Part shown: in pieces, positions 8,347 through 17,274 of the stretch
Position numbering within the stretch: the stretch's first letter is position 1
Layout: every line of letters begins with the position of its first letter
Source: a virus
Lineage: Duplodnaviria; Caudoviricetes
Strand: one strand, 5' to 3'
Length of the DNA stretch: 54,988 bases
IMG/VR virus record: IMGVR_UViG_3300012940_000004
Span: 1 to 54,988 of that record
The notes under the pieces: generated by a model
Databases searched by the model: none
The model's input: only the letters and a program-made list of their open reading frames with translations
What the model was told of the DNA's origin: nothing
Translations under genes and position numbers: made by a program

Positions 8347-8355
8347 TGGTATAAT
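8347..8355 (+). promoter_or_regulatory. Extended -10 promoter element TGgTATAAT
   Basis: Consensus sigma-A extended -10, ~30 nt upstream of the DUF932 gene. Confidence 0.7.
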
Positions 8356-8384
8356 AGTAGAACCGCCAAGGAAGGATGGGCACA

Positions 8385-9380
8385 ATGGCCCACGAGATCA
8401 CTGATAAGGACAAAGTCCTTTCAGTTCGTGAATACACCTGGCACGGTCTAGAGACCTACAGTGACGACTACCTGAGCCTTGAGGACACGCGCAAGCTGGT
8501 CCACGACTGGGAGGTCGTTCGAGAGCCAGTGTACCGCAAGCAGATCACCGTCAGCGAGGGCGGGATCATGCGCGAGGAATTTGTCCTCGTCGAGGATCAG
8601 GAGTTCAACGTCCGCACAGACACGGACGAGGTACTCGCTACCGTTCCGACCGATCGAGTCGATGTTAGCATCGACGACATGTACGCACTCGCTGAGACCG
8701 TACAGGGTCAAGACAAGAACGTTCTCATCGAGACAGCGGGCAGTCTGCGCGCTGGCCGTGATGTCTTTATCCTGTTGAAGCTGGATGAGCCGATCCACGT
8801 CGCCAACGACCCACAGGGCGAGACAGTCGCCTTCGGCCTGTTCCAGAACTCGTACGAGACCGGTGCGGCATTCCGCTTCCAGGGGACGAACGTGCGGGTC
8901 GTGTGCAAGAACACGAGCCGAGCAGCTGACTTGGACGCCGAGCAGAATGGCATGAACCTCACGTTCGCTCACACCAAGAACCTCAGTGAGCGAATCGAGG
9001 CAGCACGCGGTGCGCTCGCTGCCTGGCGAGAGGACATTCGTCAGTGGGTACAGGCCAAGGAGTTCCTCGGCGACCAGCGAGTCACGATCGACGGCGTGAA
9101 CTGGTTCGTGAATCAGTTCTTGCCTGAACCGAAGTTCATCACTGACCGAGCGATGGCCAACCTGCAAGCAGACCGACTCGACCTCATCGGCGAGATCTTT
9201 AGTCCGATGACGGCGGGCATTGAACTGACTGCGCTCAGTCTCTTCGAGGGCGCGAGCTCGTGGAACGAGCACGTGCGCCGAGCACAGTCGCCGCAGTCCC
9301 GCTTCCGTCGAGCAGTACTGAGTCCGGGTACCGTGCTGCAGACCGCGCGCGATCTCGCTGTCGAGGCGGTGAAGGTCTGA
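8385..9380 (+). CDS. DUF932/DUF945-family phage/plasmid protein
   Basis: WHGL, ETAGSLRAGRDVF, TNVRVVCKNT, HTKN motifs typical of the family. Confidence 0.8.
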   Translation: MAHEITDKDKVLSVREYTWHGLETYSDDYLSLEDTRKLVHDWEVVREPVYRKQITVSEGGIMREEFVLVEDQEFNVRTDTDEVLATVPTDRVDVSIDDMYALAETVQGQDKNVLIETAGSLRAGRDVFILLKLDEPIHVANDPQGETVAFGLFQNSYETGAAFRFQGTNVRVVCKNTSRAADLDAEQNGMNLTFAHTKNLSERIEAARGALAAWREDIRQWVQAKEFLGDQRVTIDGVNWFVNQFLPEPKFITDRAMANLQADRLDLIGEIFSPMTAGIELTALSLFEGASSWNEHVRRAQSPQSRFRRAVLSPGTVLQTARDLAVEAVKV

Positions 9381-9586
9381 TGCCAGAGGACCAGCTCAGA
9401 GAGGGCGTGTTCTGGACATTCACAATGCCTAAGTGGTGGCTCGTGAATGGTAAACCATTGTGGTCCAACCTAAACAAGGCCATGACACGCGCTCAAGTTG
9501 AAGCGTGCGCATCTGGTACACGAGCACGCGTCCAACTCAGGTACGCAGTTCGGGGTCGGCACCGCAAACCAGGAAGGGCACACTAA
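9380..9586 (+). CDS. Hypothetical protein (68 aa)
   Basis: TGATG and TAATG coupling on both sides. Confidence 0.6.
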   Translation: MPEDQLREGVFWTFTMPKWWLVNGKPLWSNLNKAMTRAQVEACASGTRARVQLRYAVRGRHRKPGRAH

Positions 9587-9978
9587 TGAAGAAACTCGGA
9601 ATCCGACTGGTACTGCCAGGTTACGGTAACATCGACGGGCGCATCAAGGTCTTCTCGAACCCTACAGTAGTTCAGTCTATCAGTGAGAGGGTTCGAGAAG
9701 TAGTAGAATATGGGGGTGGCTGGATCGAGATCGAGCGTCGAGACTACAAGCCATTCTTGAATGGTGAACAGACACCAGAGACCTGGTATGTCTGGAAGCC
9801 CGTCCTCATCAATCTCCAGCACTTTGCCACGGTCGAAGCGCTGCCGGAACTCGATGAGCCAGACGAAGAGGACAAACTGCGAGAGACCATCAAGGCTGAC
9901 CTGGCCGAGGACGCAGACCGCGCATCGGAAGCCTGGCTAGAGCGACATCAAGATTCCTCTGACCGATCAGAGGAATGA
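9586..9978 (+). CDS. Hypothetical protein (130 aa)
   Basis: GGAAGGG RBS, TAATG coupling. Confidence 0.7.
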   Translation: MKKLGIRLVLPGYGNIDGRIKVFSNPTVVQSISERVREVVEYGGGWIEIERRDYKPFLNGEQTPETWYVWKPVLINLQHFATVEALPELDEPDEEDKLRETIKADLAEDADRASEAWLERHQDSSDRSEE

Positions 9979-10133
9979 CTCACTCCCACGGGACGAGCGT
10001 TGGATCGACCGTCTCGAGAGGGTCTGAGTCTACAACTGAATACCCAGTCCGTAGTGGGGAAGCTCGCTGGGCGGTCTAACTCTCCGTGGAACGAGTTATT
10101 ACCACTGTACAGTAACCAGAAAGTAGAAGCCAC

Positions 10134-10856
10134 ATGGCCGAAATCGAATACCCCAAGAATCTCAACGTCAACGGGATCATGTCGTTCCCGCTGTACACCG
10201 TAGAGAACATCAACCAGCTGCAGGAATGGCGGTCCCGTAAGGGCATTCCCAAGCCGCGCTTCGATGACCGGATCAGTCTCACGCTGCTCCTGACTCAGGC
10301 GCAGCACGATCGAGTCAAGAACTACCTGCTCGAGACCTACCTGCCGTTCGCCGCAACGCTGCAGGCGCAGACCGACAAGAAGAAGGGCATCGACCCGAAG
10401 CTCATCGCCAAGCTCGTGAAGCTCGTCGAGGCCGAGGACTGGTCGGAGAAGAATCTTCCGATCCGTGACCTCAACGAGCGCGATGTCGAGAACATCGAGA
10501 AGAACGAGTACGGCGACATCGTCTCCAAGATGAAGATCTCGGGGCCGCCCGAGCAGAAGCCGATCGGTCTGAAGGCGCTGTTCCGAGAGGATGACCTCCC
10601 GGAGACAGAGCCGCTCGAGGTCGTGCCGCTCTCGTCGGTGACGCATCTCATGCACGAGCAGACAGACCACACCGCCCTGTGGTGGGGTGCGGGCTGGCCG
10701 TTCCGAGTCAATGTCCGGTTCAACGCCTTCGAAGCTCAGGGCTACGGCGTGTCGGCGTACACCAACATGGCGTATTTGCAGGCACACCGTGAGCTCCGAC
10801 AGTTCGGCGGCGCTCAGGACGCGGACGTGCTCGCGGACGGCGACGACTGGGAGTAG
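10134..10856 (+). CDS. Single-stranded DNA-binding protein (DUF2815/T7 gp2.5-like)
   Basis: GIMSFP N-terminal motif, GVSAY, acidic-aromatic C-tail ADGDDWE; adjacent to Cas4-like nuclease and PolA. Confidence 0.65.
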   Translation: MAEIEYPKNLNVNGIMSFPLYTVENINQLQEWRSRKGIPKPRFDDRISLTLLLTQAQHDRVKNYLLETYLPFAATLQAQTDKKKGIDPKLIAKLVKLVEAEDWSEKNLPIRDLNERDVENIEKNEYGDIVSKMKISGPPEQKPIGLKALFREDDLPETEPLEVVPLSSVTHLMHEQTDHTALWWGAGWPFRVNVRFNAFEAQGYGVSAYTNMAYLQAHRELRQFGGAQDADVLADGDDWE

Positions 10857-10901
10857 GCTCGCCGGAGCCGGAGGTTGTAACTCCCGGAGAAAGGATACGC
10901 C

Positions 10902-10976
10902 ATGAACGACTTCGTAGGCGACTACGTCGTTCCGGTGGATCCAATGGCAGATCTCGACTGCGAGTCCTGCCAGTAG
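10902..10976 (+). CDS. 24-aa acidic peptide ending in CESCQ (MNDFVGDYVVPVDPMADLDCESCQ), not in ORF track
   Basis: GAAAGGA RBS just upstream of the ATG; stop immediately followed by a strong hairpin. Confidence 0.7.
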   Translation: MNDFVGDYVVPVDPMADLDCESCQ

Positions 10977-10983
10977 AAACACC

Positions 10984-11020
10984 GAGCGGGCCAGGCGAAT
11001 TTGGGTCGCCTGGCCCGCTC
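10984..11020 (+). terminator. 15-bp stem-loop closing the SSB/peptide unit
   Basis: GAGCGGGCCAGGCGA / TCGCCTGGCCCGCTC. Confidence 0.7.
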
Positions 11021-11042
11021 TCTAAGCTTAGGAGCGCGAGAA

Positions 11043-11210
11043 ATGAAGTACATCGTCTTTACTCCAGACTCTCAGGGTCCGGATAGTGCAGCGTGGATCG
11101 GGAGCGGCAAGCGCGAGCTGTTGACCTACGCACAGTTGATGGAGCGGCTCAGCGCTGCAGTCAATCAAGATCAACCCATTCGACTCTACATCGAGTCCAC
11201 TCATGACTGA
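11043..11210 (+). CDS. Hypothetical protein (55 aa)
   Basis: AGGAG RBS before ATG 11043; overlaps next start. Confidence 0.6.
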   Translation: MKYIVFTPDSQGPDSAAWIGSGKRELLTYAQLMERLSAAVNQDQPIRLYIESTHD

Positions 11211-12093
11211 CACTCTACAGTTGCGATTTAGTGCAAGCTATGCATCGCGCTATCACAACTGTCACGCATCTGCGAATCTCGAGAAAGCGATTCCAGGCTT
11301 CACGGTCGAGAAGTCAGAGAAGGCAAAGGCACGAGACGAGGGTACGCAGTACCACAGTGTCGTAGCGCGCATCCTCGAGACTGCGACAGACCTGCTCGCA
11401 GCCGCTGACGTTCTGTGGAAGCTAGCAGACGTCTACGGTAAGAATCGGGATGCGATCATCCGATCAGCGAAGGAATATATCACGTGGTGGTTCCTGACCT
11501 ATGGGACAGAGCCGCCACTTGATTACGACATCATCAAAGATCTCGAGCACGAGGGCAAGAGCACGCCTCGGGCTATTCGCTTTCTCGCTGAGTCTATCGA
11601 GTACACAGCTGCACTCGTTAAGGGTGCAGACGAGGTTCTCGTAGAGGAGTCTATTCGAGCAGCGTGGCTCTCAACAGCGCCTCGAACGACTGTCGATATC
11701 TTGATCCGACGTGGCAACGTGTTGCACGTGCTAGATCTCAAGACCGGACAGACACCGGTCGATGCTTTCAACAATGAGCAACTCATGTACTACGCTAGGT
11801 CGTTCCTCAAGGATGAGACAGAGATCCACCTGCATATCATGCAGCGGAATAACTTCTCATCGTGGCAGATCGATCGCCGGTCACTCCTGGCTTGGGCAGA
11901 CCAAGTCAAGGAGTCGGAGCGAGCCATCCTGAGCGGTGATGTCACATTCGCTGCCGGGAGCCACTGCAACTTCTGCCCTGCAAACCCGACGAGTCGTGGT
12001 GAAAAGGGCTCACCATCCTGTCCAACACGTCTAGAGATCCTGTATGGTGTTATCAACACGGGGTCTGACGACGAAGCAATCCTGGAGGATTAA
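11203..12093 (+). CDS. Cas4-like PD-(D/E)XK exonuclease (DUF2800-like)
   Basis: FSAS..SR..NC, EGT.YH, TVD, LDLKTG, QLMYY, HCNFCP...C. Confidence 0.85.
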   Translation: MTDTLQLRFSASYASRYHNCHASANLEKAIPGFTVEKSEKAKARDEGTQYHSVVARILETATDLLAAADVLWKLADVYGKNRDAIIRSAKEYITWWFLTYGTEPPLDYDIIKDLEHEGKSTPRAIRFLAESIEYTAALVKGADEVLVEESIRAAWLSTAPRTTVDILIRRGNVLHVLDLKTGQTPVDAFNNEQLMYYARSFLKDETEIHLHIMQRNNFSSWQIDRRSLLAWADQVKESERAILSGDVTFAAGSHCNFCPANPTSRGEKGSPSCPTRLEILYGVINTGSDDEAILED

Positions 12094-12094
12094 C

Positions 12095-12391
12095 ATGCCT
12101 GAGAAGGTTACCGTACCGAGCCCCTTCGGAGTCTACAATAACGGTGAGTTCACGCCGTTCGAAGGGCGAGAGACTATCGAGACGTACTTCCCCGACACGA
12201 TAGACCCAGTCACCGGGTACACCGTAGAGCTCGCGCTCCAGGAGCGTGTCGGAATCATGCTGGAGGGACTGGATCCACAGGATCCCCTCTACCGCATTGT
12301 TACCGAGGACATCGATCACGGTCTGCAGTATTTCGATCTGATCATGTCGGCGCTCGCACAACACTTCGAGCTCAAGTGGAAGGAAGACTAA
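12095..12391 (+). CDS. Hypothetical protein (98 aa)
   Basis: GGAGG RBS before ATG 12095. Confidence 0.7.
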   Translation: MPEKVTVPSPFGVYNNGEFTPFEGRETIETYFPDTIDPVTGYTVELALQERVGIMLEGLDPQDPLYRIVTEDIDHGLQYFDLIMSALAQHFELKWKED

Positions 12392-14533
12392 GTGAAGATC
12401 GGTATCGACTTCGAGACGTACTCGGATGTAGACCTTCCGGTACACGGACTCGATAATTACGTCCGAGGCGAAGACTTCACGCCGCTCATCTGCAGCGTCT
12501 CGATGCCTGACCGCGGCGAATACACGTACGACTTCATCCTCGATCCGGGCAGTCTGCATCGGTTTATCGACGACATGCAACAGCTGATCGCTGACCCTGA
12601 TGTCACGTTCGTCGCACACAATGCGGGCTTCGAACGTGCAGTCAATCGTTATCTGGGACTTGACATCGCAGACCGAATCATCGACTCTGCGGTGTATGCT
12701 CGGATGGCGGGTGTCGGCGAGAAGCTCGAGGTCGCGAGTCGACAGCTGACCGACACGGCAAAGCTGGAAGTGGGCGCTAGCCTGATCCAGATCTTCTGCA
12801 TTCCCAATGAGTGGAATCGGTACAAGGCACCTTCCATTCATCGCGTCATGGAGCGGTCAGAGGAGTGGATTCAGTTCACTCGATACTGCGAAATCGATGC
12901 TAAGGCAGGTCGAGAGATCGTCGAGGCTGTCGAAGAGCTGTTTGCACAGTTCGGAGTTCGGGAGATCATCGAGCGAGAGAACGACTTCGAGTTGGTTACG
13001 TGGCACATGAACGATGTCGGCTGGCACGTTGACAAGCCGCTCGTTGAAGCCATGAACAATCGAGCATGGGCAAACACCGAGATCGAGAAGCGAATGTTCG
13101 CACTCGAGACGGGGGAGCTGATCAACTTCAACTCGCACGTCCAGCTGAAGCGCTACTGCGAGAAGCGGGGTGTCAAGGTCAAGAGCCTGGACAAGTACCG
13201 CCTGCCTGTGCTCCTCGAAAAGATCGAGAAGAAGCTTCTCGAGATCGAAGCGACACAAGACGCGCCAAGGGACATGGAACAGTGGGTGAATCTCCGTGAG
13301 GTCCACGCACTGCTACAGTGCAAGCAGGAGATCGGTGGCTCGAGTCTGAGTAAGCTGACTCGAATCCTCGAGCTCATGGGACCGGACGGACAGCTCCGTG
13401 ACCAGTACGTTCACGTCGGCGCAGGACAGACGTTCCGTACCAGTGGGCGTGGCGTCCAGATGCAGAATCTCAAGAAGCTGGACGGCAACATTCGTGACAT
13501 GTCTACGGTCTACGACTACAAAACGCCGTGGTCGAACGTAGACATGGCCGGTCAGCTGCGACAGGTCTTCACGGCGAGTCACCCTGACGGTAAGCTCTTC
13601 GTCGGCGACTTCAGCGCTGTCGAGTCGCGAGGACTCGCATACCTGGCAGGCGAGGAGTGGAAGCTTGACGCCTATCGTCAGGGCCTCGACGTCTACAAGG
13701 TGCTGGTGACTCGCTTCAAGGGTTACGAGAACCTGACCGTCGATGACGTCACGCCCGAGATGCGTCCACGAGGCAAATACAGCGAGCTGAGCTGTGGCTA
13801 TCAGGCGAGCGCAGTCGCTGTTCAGGAGTTCATGTTCCGACTCGGGTTCCACATCTCTGAGGAAGAGGCGGCACAGAACGTCACTGACTGGCGGTATGCT
13901 AATCCAGCCATCGTGCAGTTCTGGGGCGAGCTGGACAACATCCTGAAGGCGGCAGTGGCTCTCAAGCAGCCGCAAACTATGACCACTGCTTATGGTCAGG
14001 TCATCAAGATCACTCCGTTCTGGCTACCTAGCATTCAAGAACAGCACCCCGGTGCAGTGAGTCTCATGGTTCAGTTGTTCGACAAGGGGCGAGTGATCCT
14101 CGCCCGAGTCGTACACGGCTGCTACTTCCAGGGTCAGGCACTCTGTTACTATAAGCCTGCAGAGCGCCTGAGCGCAGGCCGTCTCTGGGACCCGATCAAC
14201 CACACTGCTACTCAGAAGCAGGGTCGTGAAATCAAGAATACGATCTTTGGCGGGAAGCTGACCGGTATTATCGTTCAGTCACTCTGTCGAGAGCTGTTCT
14301 TCGACAGCATGAAGGCCTTGCACGACTTCATCAAGCACCAGGAGATCCCGAACGCTGTTATCGTGGGACAGTTCCACGATGAGATCGTCGTGGACTGGTG
14401 GCCGTCGGAGGAGGACGGAGCAGTCACCGAGGAAGACCTGAAGAACATCATGGAGGGTCACATGTCATGGTCTCGTCTAGACGGGTTCCCGCTCACGGCA
14501 GAGATCAAGTCTGATTTCAGATACATCAAGTAG
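12392..14533 (+). CDS. DNA polymerase family A with 3'-5' exonuclease
   Basis: IDFETYS, AHNAGFE, YCEID (exo I-III); DFSAVESR (motif A), RGKYSELSCGY (B), QFHDEIV (C). Confidence 0.93.
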   Translation: MKIGIDFETYSDVDLPVHGLDNYVRGEDFTPLICSVSMPDRGEYTYDFILDPGSLHRFIDDMQQLIADPDVTFVAHNAGFERAVNRYLGLDIADRIIDSAVYARMAGVGEKLEVASRQLTDTAKLEVGASLIQIFCIPNEWNRYKAPSIHRVMERSEEWIQFTRYCEIDAKAGREIVEAVEELFAQFGVREIIERENDFELVTWHMNDVGWHVDKPLVEAMNNRAWANTEIEKRMFALETGELINFNSHVQLKRYCEKRGVKVKSLDKYRLPVLLEKIEKKLLEIEATQDAPRDMEQWVNLREVHALLQCKQEIGGSSLSKLTRILELMGPDGQLRDQYVHVGAGQTFRTSGRGVQMQNLKKLDGNIRDMSTVYDYKTPWSNVDMAGQLRQVFTASHPDGKLFVGDFSAVESRGLAYLAGEEWKLDAYRQGLDVYKVLVTRFKGYENLTVDDVTPEMRPRGKYSELSCGYQASAVAVQEFMFRLGFHISEEEAAQNVTDWRYANPAIVQFWGELDNILKAAVALKQPQTMTTAYGQVIKITPFWLPSIQEQHPGAVSLMVQLFDKGRVILARVVHGCYFQGQALCYYKPAERLSAGRLWDPINHTATQKQGREIKNTIFGGKLTGIIVQSLCRELFFDSMKALHDFIKHQEIPNAVIVGQFHDEIVVDWWPSEEDGAVTEEDLKNIMEGHMSWSRLDGFPLTAEIKSDFRYIK

Positions 14534-14541
14534 GAGCATCA

Positions 14542-15069
14542 ATGGTACTTCTCATCGGCATCGATCCCGGTATCGTGGATACCGGATTAGTTGCCATCGA
14601 ATTGTATCCGGAATCGGGTACATATCACGTCGAGCACCGTGTGTGGCGGGACGTGACAGAGCAGATCGACAAGACGTTAATCGTCAAGGAAGACTTTCTG
14701 ACTCATCTCGTCGCTGAGGTTGACAAGCTCAAGAGCACGTCACGTAGTGCCATGAAGCTAGTCGGTATCGAGGGTTATCGAAACCGCGGTCGAGACATTC
14801 GTCAAGACCAGCGGATGACAATGCTCGTACAGACTATTCACAAGCGCTTGGATCGCTCAATGGTGATAGACAATACCGGGATTAAGAACGTTGTCACCCA
14901 GCCAATTCTCGGTCTGTTTGACTTCTACTTCCCCGGTACCAATCACGCGGACCTTTGGAGTGCTGCACGCATTGCACTCAAGCTGGGCTTGTCTGATCTC
15001 AGAATCAACGAGACCCTCAGCGACATGGTTCGTGCTCACGTCAACGGTCGCTCGTGGGAGTCTGTATGA
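14542..15069 (+). CDS. RuvC-like Holliday junction resolvase
   Basis: LIGIDPGIVDTG, GIEGY, NHAD..SAA. Confidence 0.8.
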   Translation: MVLLIGIDPGIVDTGLVAIELYPESGTYHVEHRVWRDVTEQIDKTLIVKEDFLTHLVAEVDKLKSTSRSAMKLVGIEGYRNRGRDIRQDQRMTMLVQTIHKRLDRSMVIDNTGIKNVVTQPILGLFDFYFPGTNHADLWSAARIALKLGLSDLRINETLSDMVRAHVNGRSWESV

Positions 15070-15362
15070 CCACGCTGCTGCCACAGGGGGCGGGGGAGTC
15101 GTTTACTCCTCCGCCCCGTGAAGAGTGGATGCTACGTAGCAATTGCTCTACCGCTGATCCGGAGATCTTCTTTAAAGCGACTGCATCAGAGAATCCACCG
15201 GGTAAGGAATACTGTGAGAAGTGCGAGGTAGTCCATGAGTGTCTCATCTTCGCTCTGCTCACTGAGAATCCCGCCTCAACCAGGTATGGCATCTTTGGTA
15301 ATGCCACTCCTGGAGAACGAGACCGGTTGTATCAAACACTGAAGGAGATGAATCTTGTCTGA
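15066..15362 (+). CDS. whiB: WhiB-family transcription factor
   Basis: W...SNC..ADPEIFF, YCEKCEVVHECL, YGIFG..TPGER; four Fe-S cysteines. Confidence 0.9.
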   Translation: MTTLLPQGAGESFTPPPREEWMLRSNCSTADPEIFFKATASENPPGKEYCEKCEVVHECLIFALLTENPASTRYGIFGNATPGERDRLYQTLKEMNLV

Positions 15363-15816
15363 CTCAACGACGTGCCACGTGTGTGGGCACGAATACCATG
15401 ATCAAGCTTGCGACTATGGGACAGGCAATGAGTGCCGGTGCCCTTATCGAGAGGCTACTTATCAGCCTGAGAAGGCTGCTCTCGATAGGGTACAGGAGTT
15501 GCTCAATGACCGGCGTGCCACCTATGGTGACCGTATCGTGAACATGGAGGCAGTTGCCAAGATGATCAACGGTTACCTCGACGGTGTCGAGCTCCGAACC
15601 GGCTCTCGAACCATCACGGGGGCCGACTTCGCCATGATCATGGCGCTCTACAAGATCTATCGATTCGCCGTCACGCCCGACTACGCCGACAACTCGAATG
15701 ATGCAATCGGGTATATCAAGATCGCAATCGAGTGCATCGGCGAGGCCATGATCGAGGCTGAGACTGCTGCAGAGTTTCAGCGAAAGAAGACCGATCGGGA
15801 CTTGTCGAATGGCTAG
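15355..15816 (+). CDS. Hypothetical protein, DUF6378-like with N-terminal Cys/His cluster
   Basis: LLNDRRATYGD, MALYKIYR, DNSNDAIGY. Confidence 0.6.
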   Translation: MSDSTTCHVCGHEYHDQACDYGTGNECRCPYREATYQPEKAALDRVQELLNDRRATYGDRIVNMEAVAKMINGYLDGVELRTGSRTITGADFAMIMALYKIYRFAVTPDYADNSNDAIGYIKIAIECIGEAMIEAETAAEFQRKKTDRDLSNG

Positions 15817-17056
15817 TTACGCTGAGGCTGCTGAGCGCTTCGCGCGAGCAGATGCCGCCGATCCCGCCAAGCCTGAACAGAAGAAGTTTCAGGCTTGGCG
15901 GGACTCGCAGCTAGCTGCATTCGAGCTCTGGGACACGCGAGACGATCAACGATTGCTGCTATACTACCCGACAGGTACAGGCAAGTCAAAGACTGCACTT
16001 ACCATGCTGTGGGTTCGGGGGTACACCAAGGTTATCGTGCTCGCACCGCCCAAGACTGCAGCAGCGTGGCGGGCAGATGCCAACGTGCTCGATATGCAGA
16101 TCACAGTCATGAGTCACATGAAGTTCCGACAGCCGGATACTAAGCTGCCTCGAGATGTTCCCATCATCGTAGACGAGTTCCACCTGCTCGGGAAACACGG
16201 TGCAGTCGGTATGAAGAAGTTCGACCGAATGGTTACACGCTTCCCAGCAGTGATCCTCTGTTCAGCGACTCCCAACTACAACGACGCTGAGCGGTGTTAC
16301 AACATCGCACACTCGATTGACCCGCTGAACAATTCAGGCGGGTTCCTCAAGTGGGTCTACGAACACTGCGAGACGCGAGTGAATCCATTTGCTGCGACAC
16401 CCTACGTGGATGGGTTCAAGAACTATGACGGCGCGTCTGATTTCCTAGCAAGCCAACCGTACACTGCATACATCGAAGACACTGCTAGTTGGGTTCCTGA
16501 TGAGCTGGTCGTGACTGCAGACATCGACCTGTCAGTGTTCAACGAGTACCACTACAGTGCCCGTCACCATCGAATTACGAATAGTCAAATGGAGTGGGCA
16601 CACATGTGGAAGCGACTGTTCTTCCTCGATGATAGTGAGAAGCGACTGCGGCTGGAGATTGCCGCTGATCTTCTCGCTTACATGGAGAAAGCGGGCGGGC
16701 GCAAATACCTGATCTTTGCAGCGAGCCGACCGATCGCAGAAGCGACGGCCCACACGTTGCAGGGATTCGGTTACACTCCGTTCTTCATCACGGGCGCGCT
16801 CACGGACACGCAAGCACGCCAGATGAAGGAGCAATTCATCGCAACGGGTGACAAGGCCGTCATGATCGGTACTGCATCACTCGCAACGGGTGTAGACGGG
16901 CTCGATGGTGTGTGCAACCACCTCATTGAGCTCGACCCTACAAACGACGGCTCAATGCGCCGTCAACTCATCGGTCGTGTACTCCCACGAGGAGGCTACG
17001 AGCGAGAGACATTTGTAACCACTGTAGTCACCAGAACATCACATGACAGGTTATAA
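15809..17056 (+). CDS. Superfamily 2 DNA helicase
   Basis: PTGTGKS, IVDEFH, SAT, TGVDG, QLIGRVLPR. Confidence 0.9.
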   Translation: MASYAEAAERFARADAADPAKPEQKKFQAWRDSQLAAFELWDTRDDQRLLLYYPTGTGKSKTALTMLWVRGYTKVIVLAPPKTAAAWRADANVLDMQITVMSHMKFRQPDTKLPRDVPIIVDEFHLLGKHGAVGMKKFDRMVTRFPAVILCSATPNYNDAERCYNIAHSIDPLNNSGGFLKWVYEHCETRVNPFAATPYVDGFKNYDGASDFLASQPYTAYIEDTASWVPDELVVTADIDLSVFNEYHYSARHHRITNSQMEWAHMWKRLFFLDDSEKRLRLEIAADLLAYMEKAGGRKYLIFAASRPIAEATAHTLQGFGYTPFFITGALTDTQARQMKEQFIATGDKAVMIGTASLATGVDGLDGVCNHLIELDPTNDGSMRRQLIGRVLPRGGYERETFVTTVVTRTSHDRL

Positions 17057-17074
17057 TAGAAAAGGAATAACGCT

Positions 17075-17221
17075 GTGACTACTGAAGAGAGGAAGCAGAG
17101 GGTCGAACAAACGATCGACGAACTGTTTAAGGAAGTCTGTACGCCGGACATTACACTTGAACAGCGAGACGATTTTCGAACCAAGGAACGTCTTCTGCTA
17201 TCACTCCTCGAGACTGACTAG
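17075..17221 (+). CDS. Small hypothetical protein (48 aa), not in ORF track
   Basis: TATAAT at 17052, AAAGGA RBS, GTG start, MTTEERKQRVEQ...LLETD. Confidence 0.6.
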   Translation: MTTEERKQRVEQTIDELFKEVCTPDITLEQRDDFRTKERLLLSLLETD

Positions 17222-17226
17222 AACGA

Positions 17227-17252
17227 AGAGTGGGGGCTTCGGCCCCCACTCT
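17227..17252. terminator. Hairpin with C(UUCG)G tetraloop
   Basis: AGAGTGGGGGC-TTCG-GCCCCCACTCT; no U-tract on +. Confidence 0.6.
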
Positions 17253-17274
17253 CAGCCGCCGAGAAAGGGCTTAA

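Noticed and set aside
11203-12093. Cas4 as part of a CRISPR-Cas system
   Set aside because: Standalone Cas4-like nuclease in an SSB/PolA replication module; no other cas genes or array
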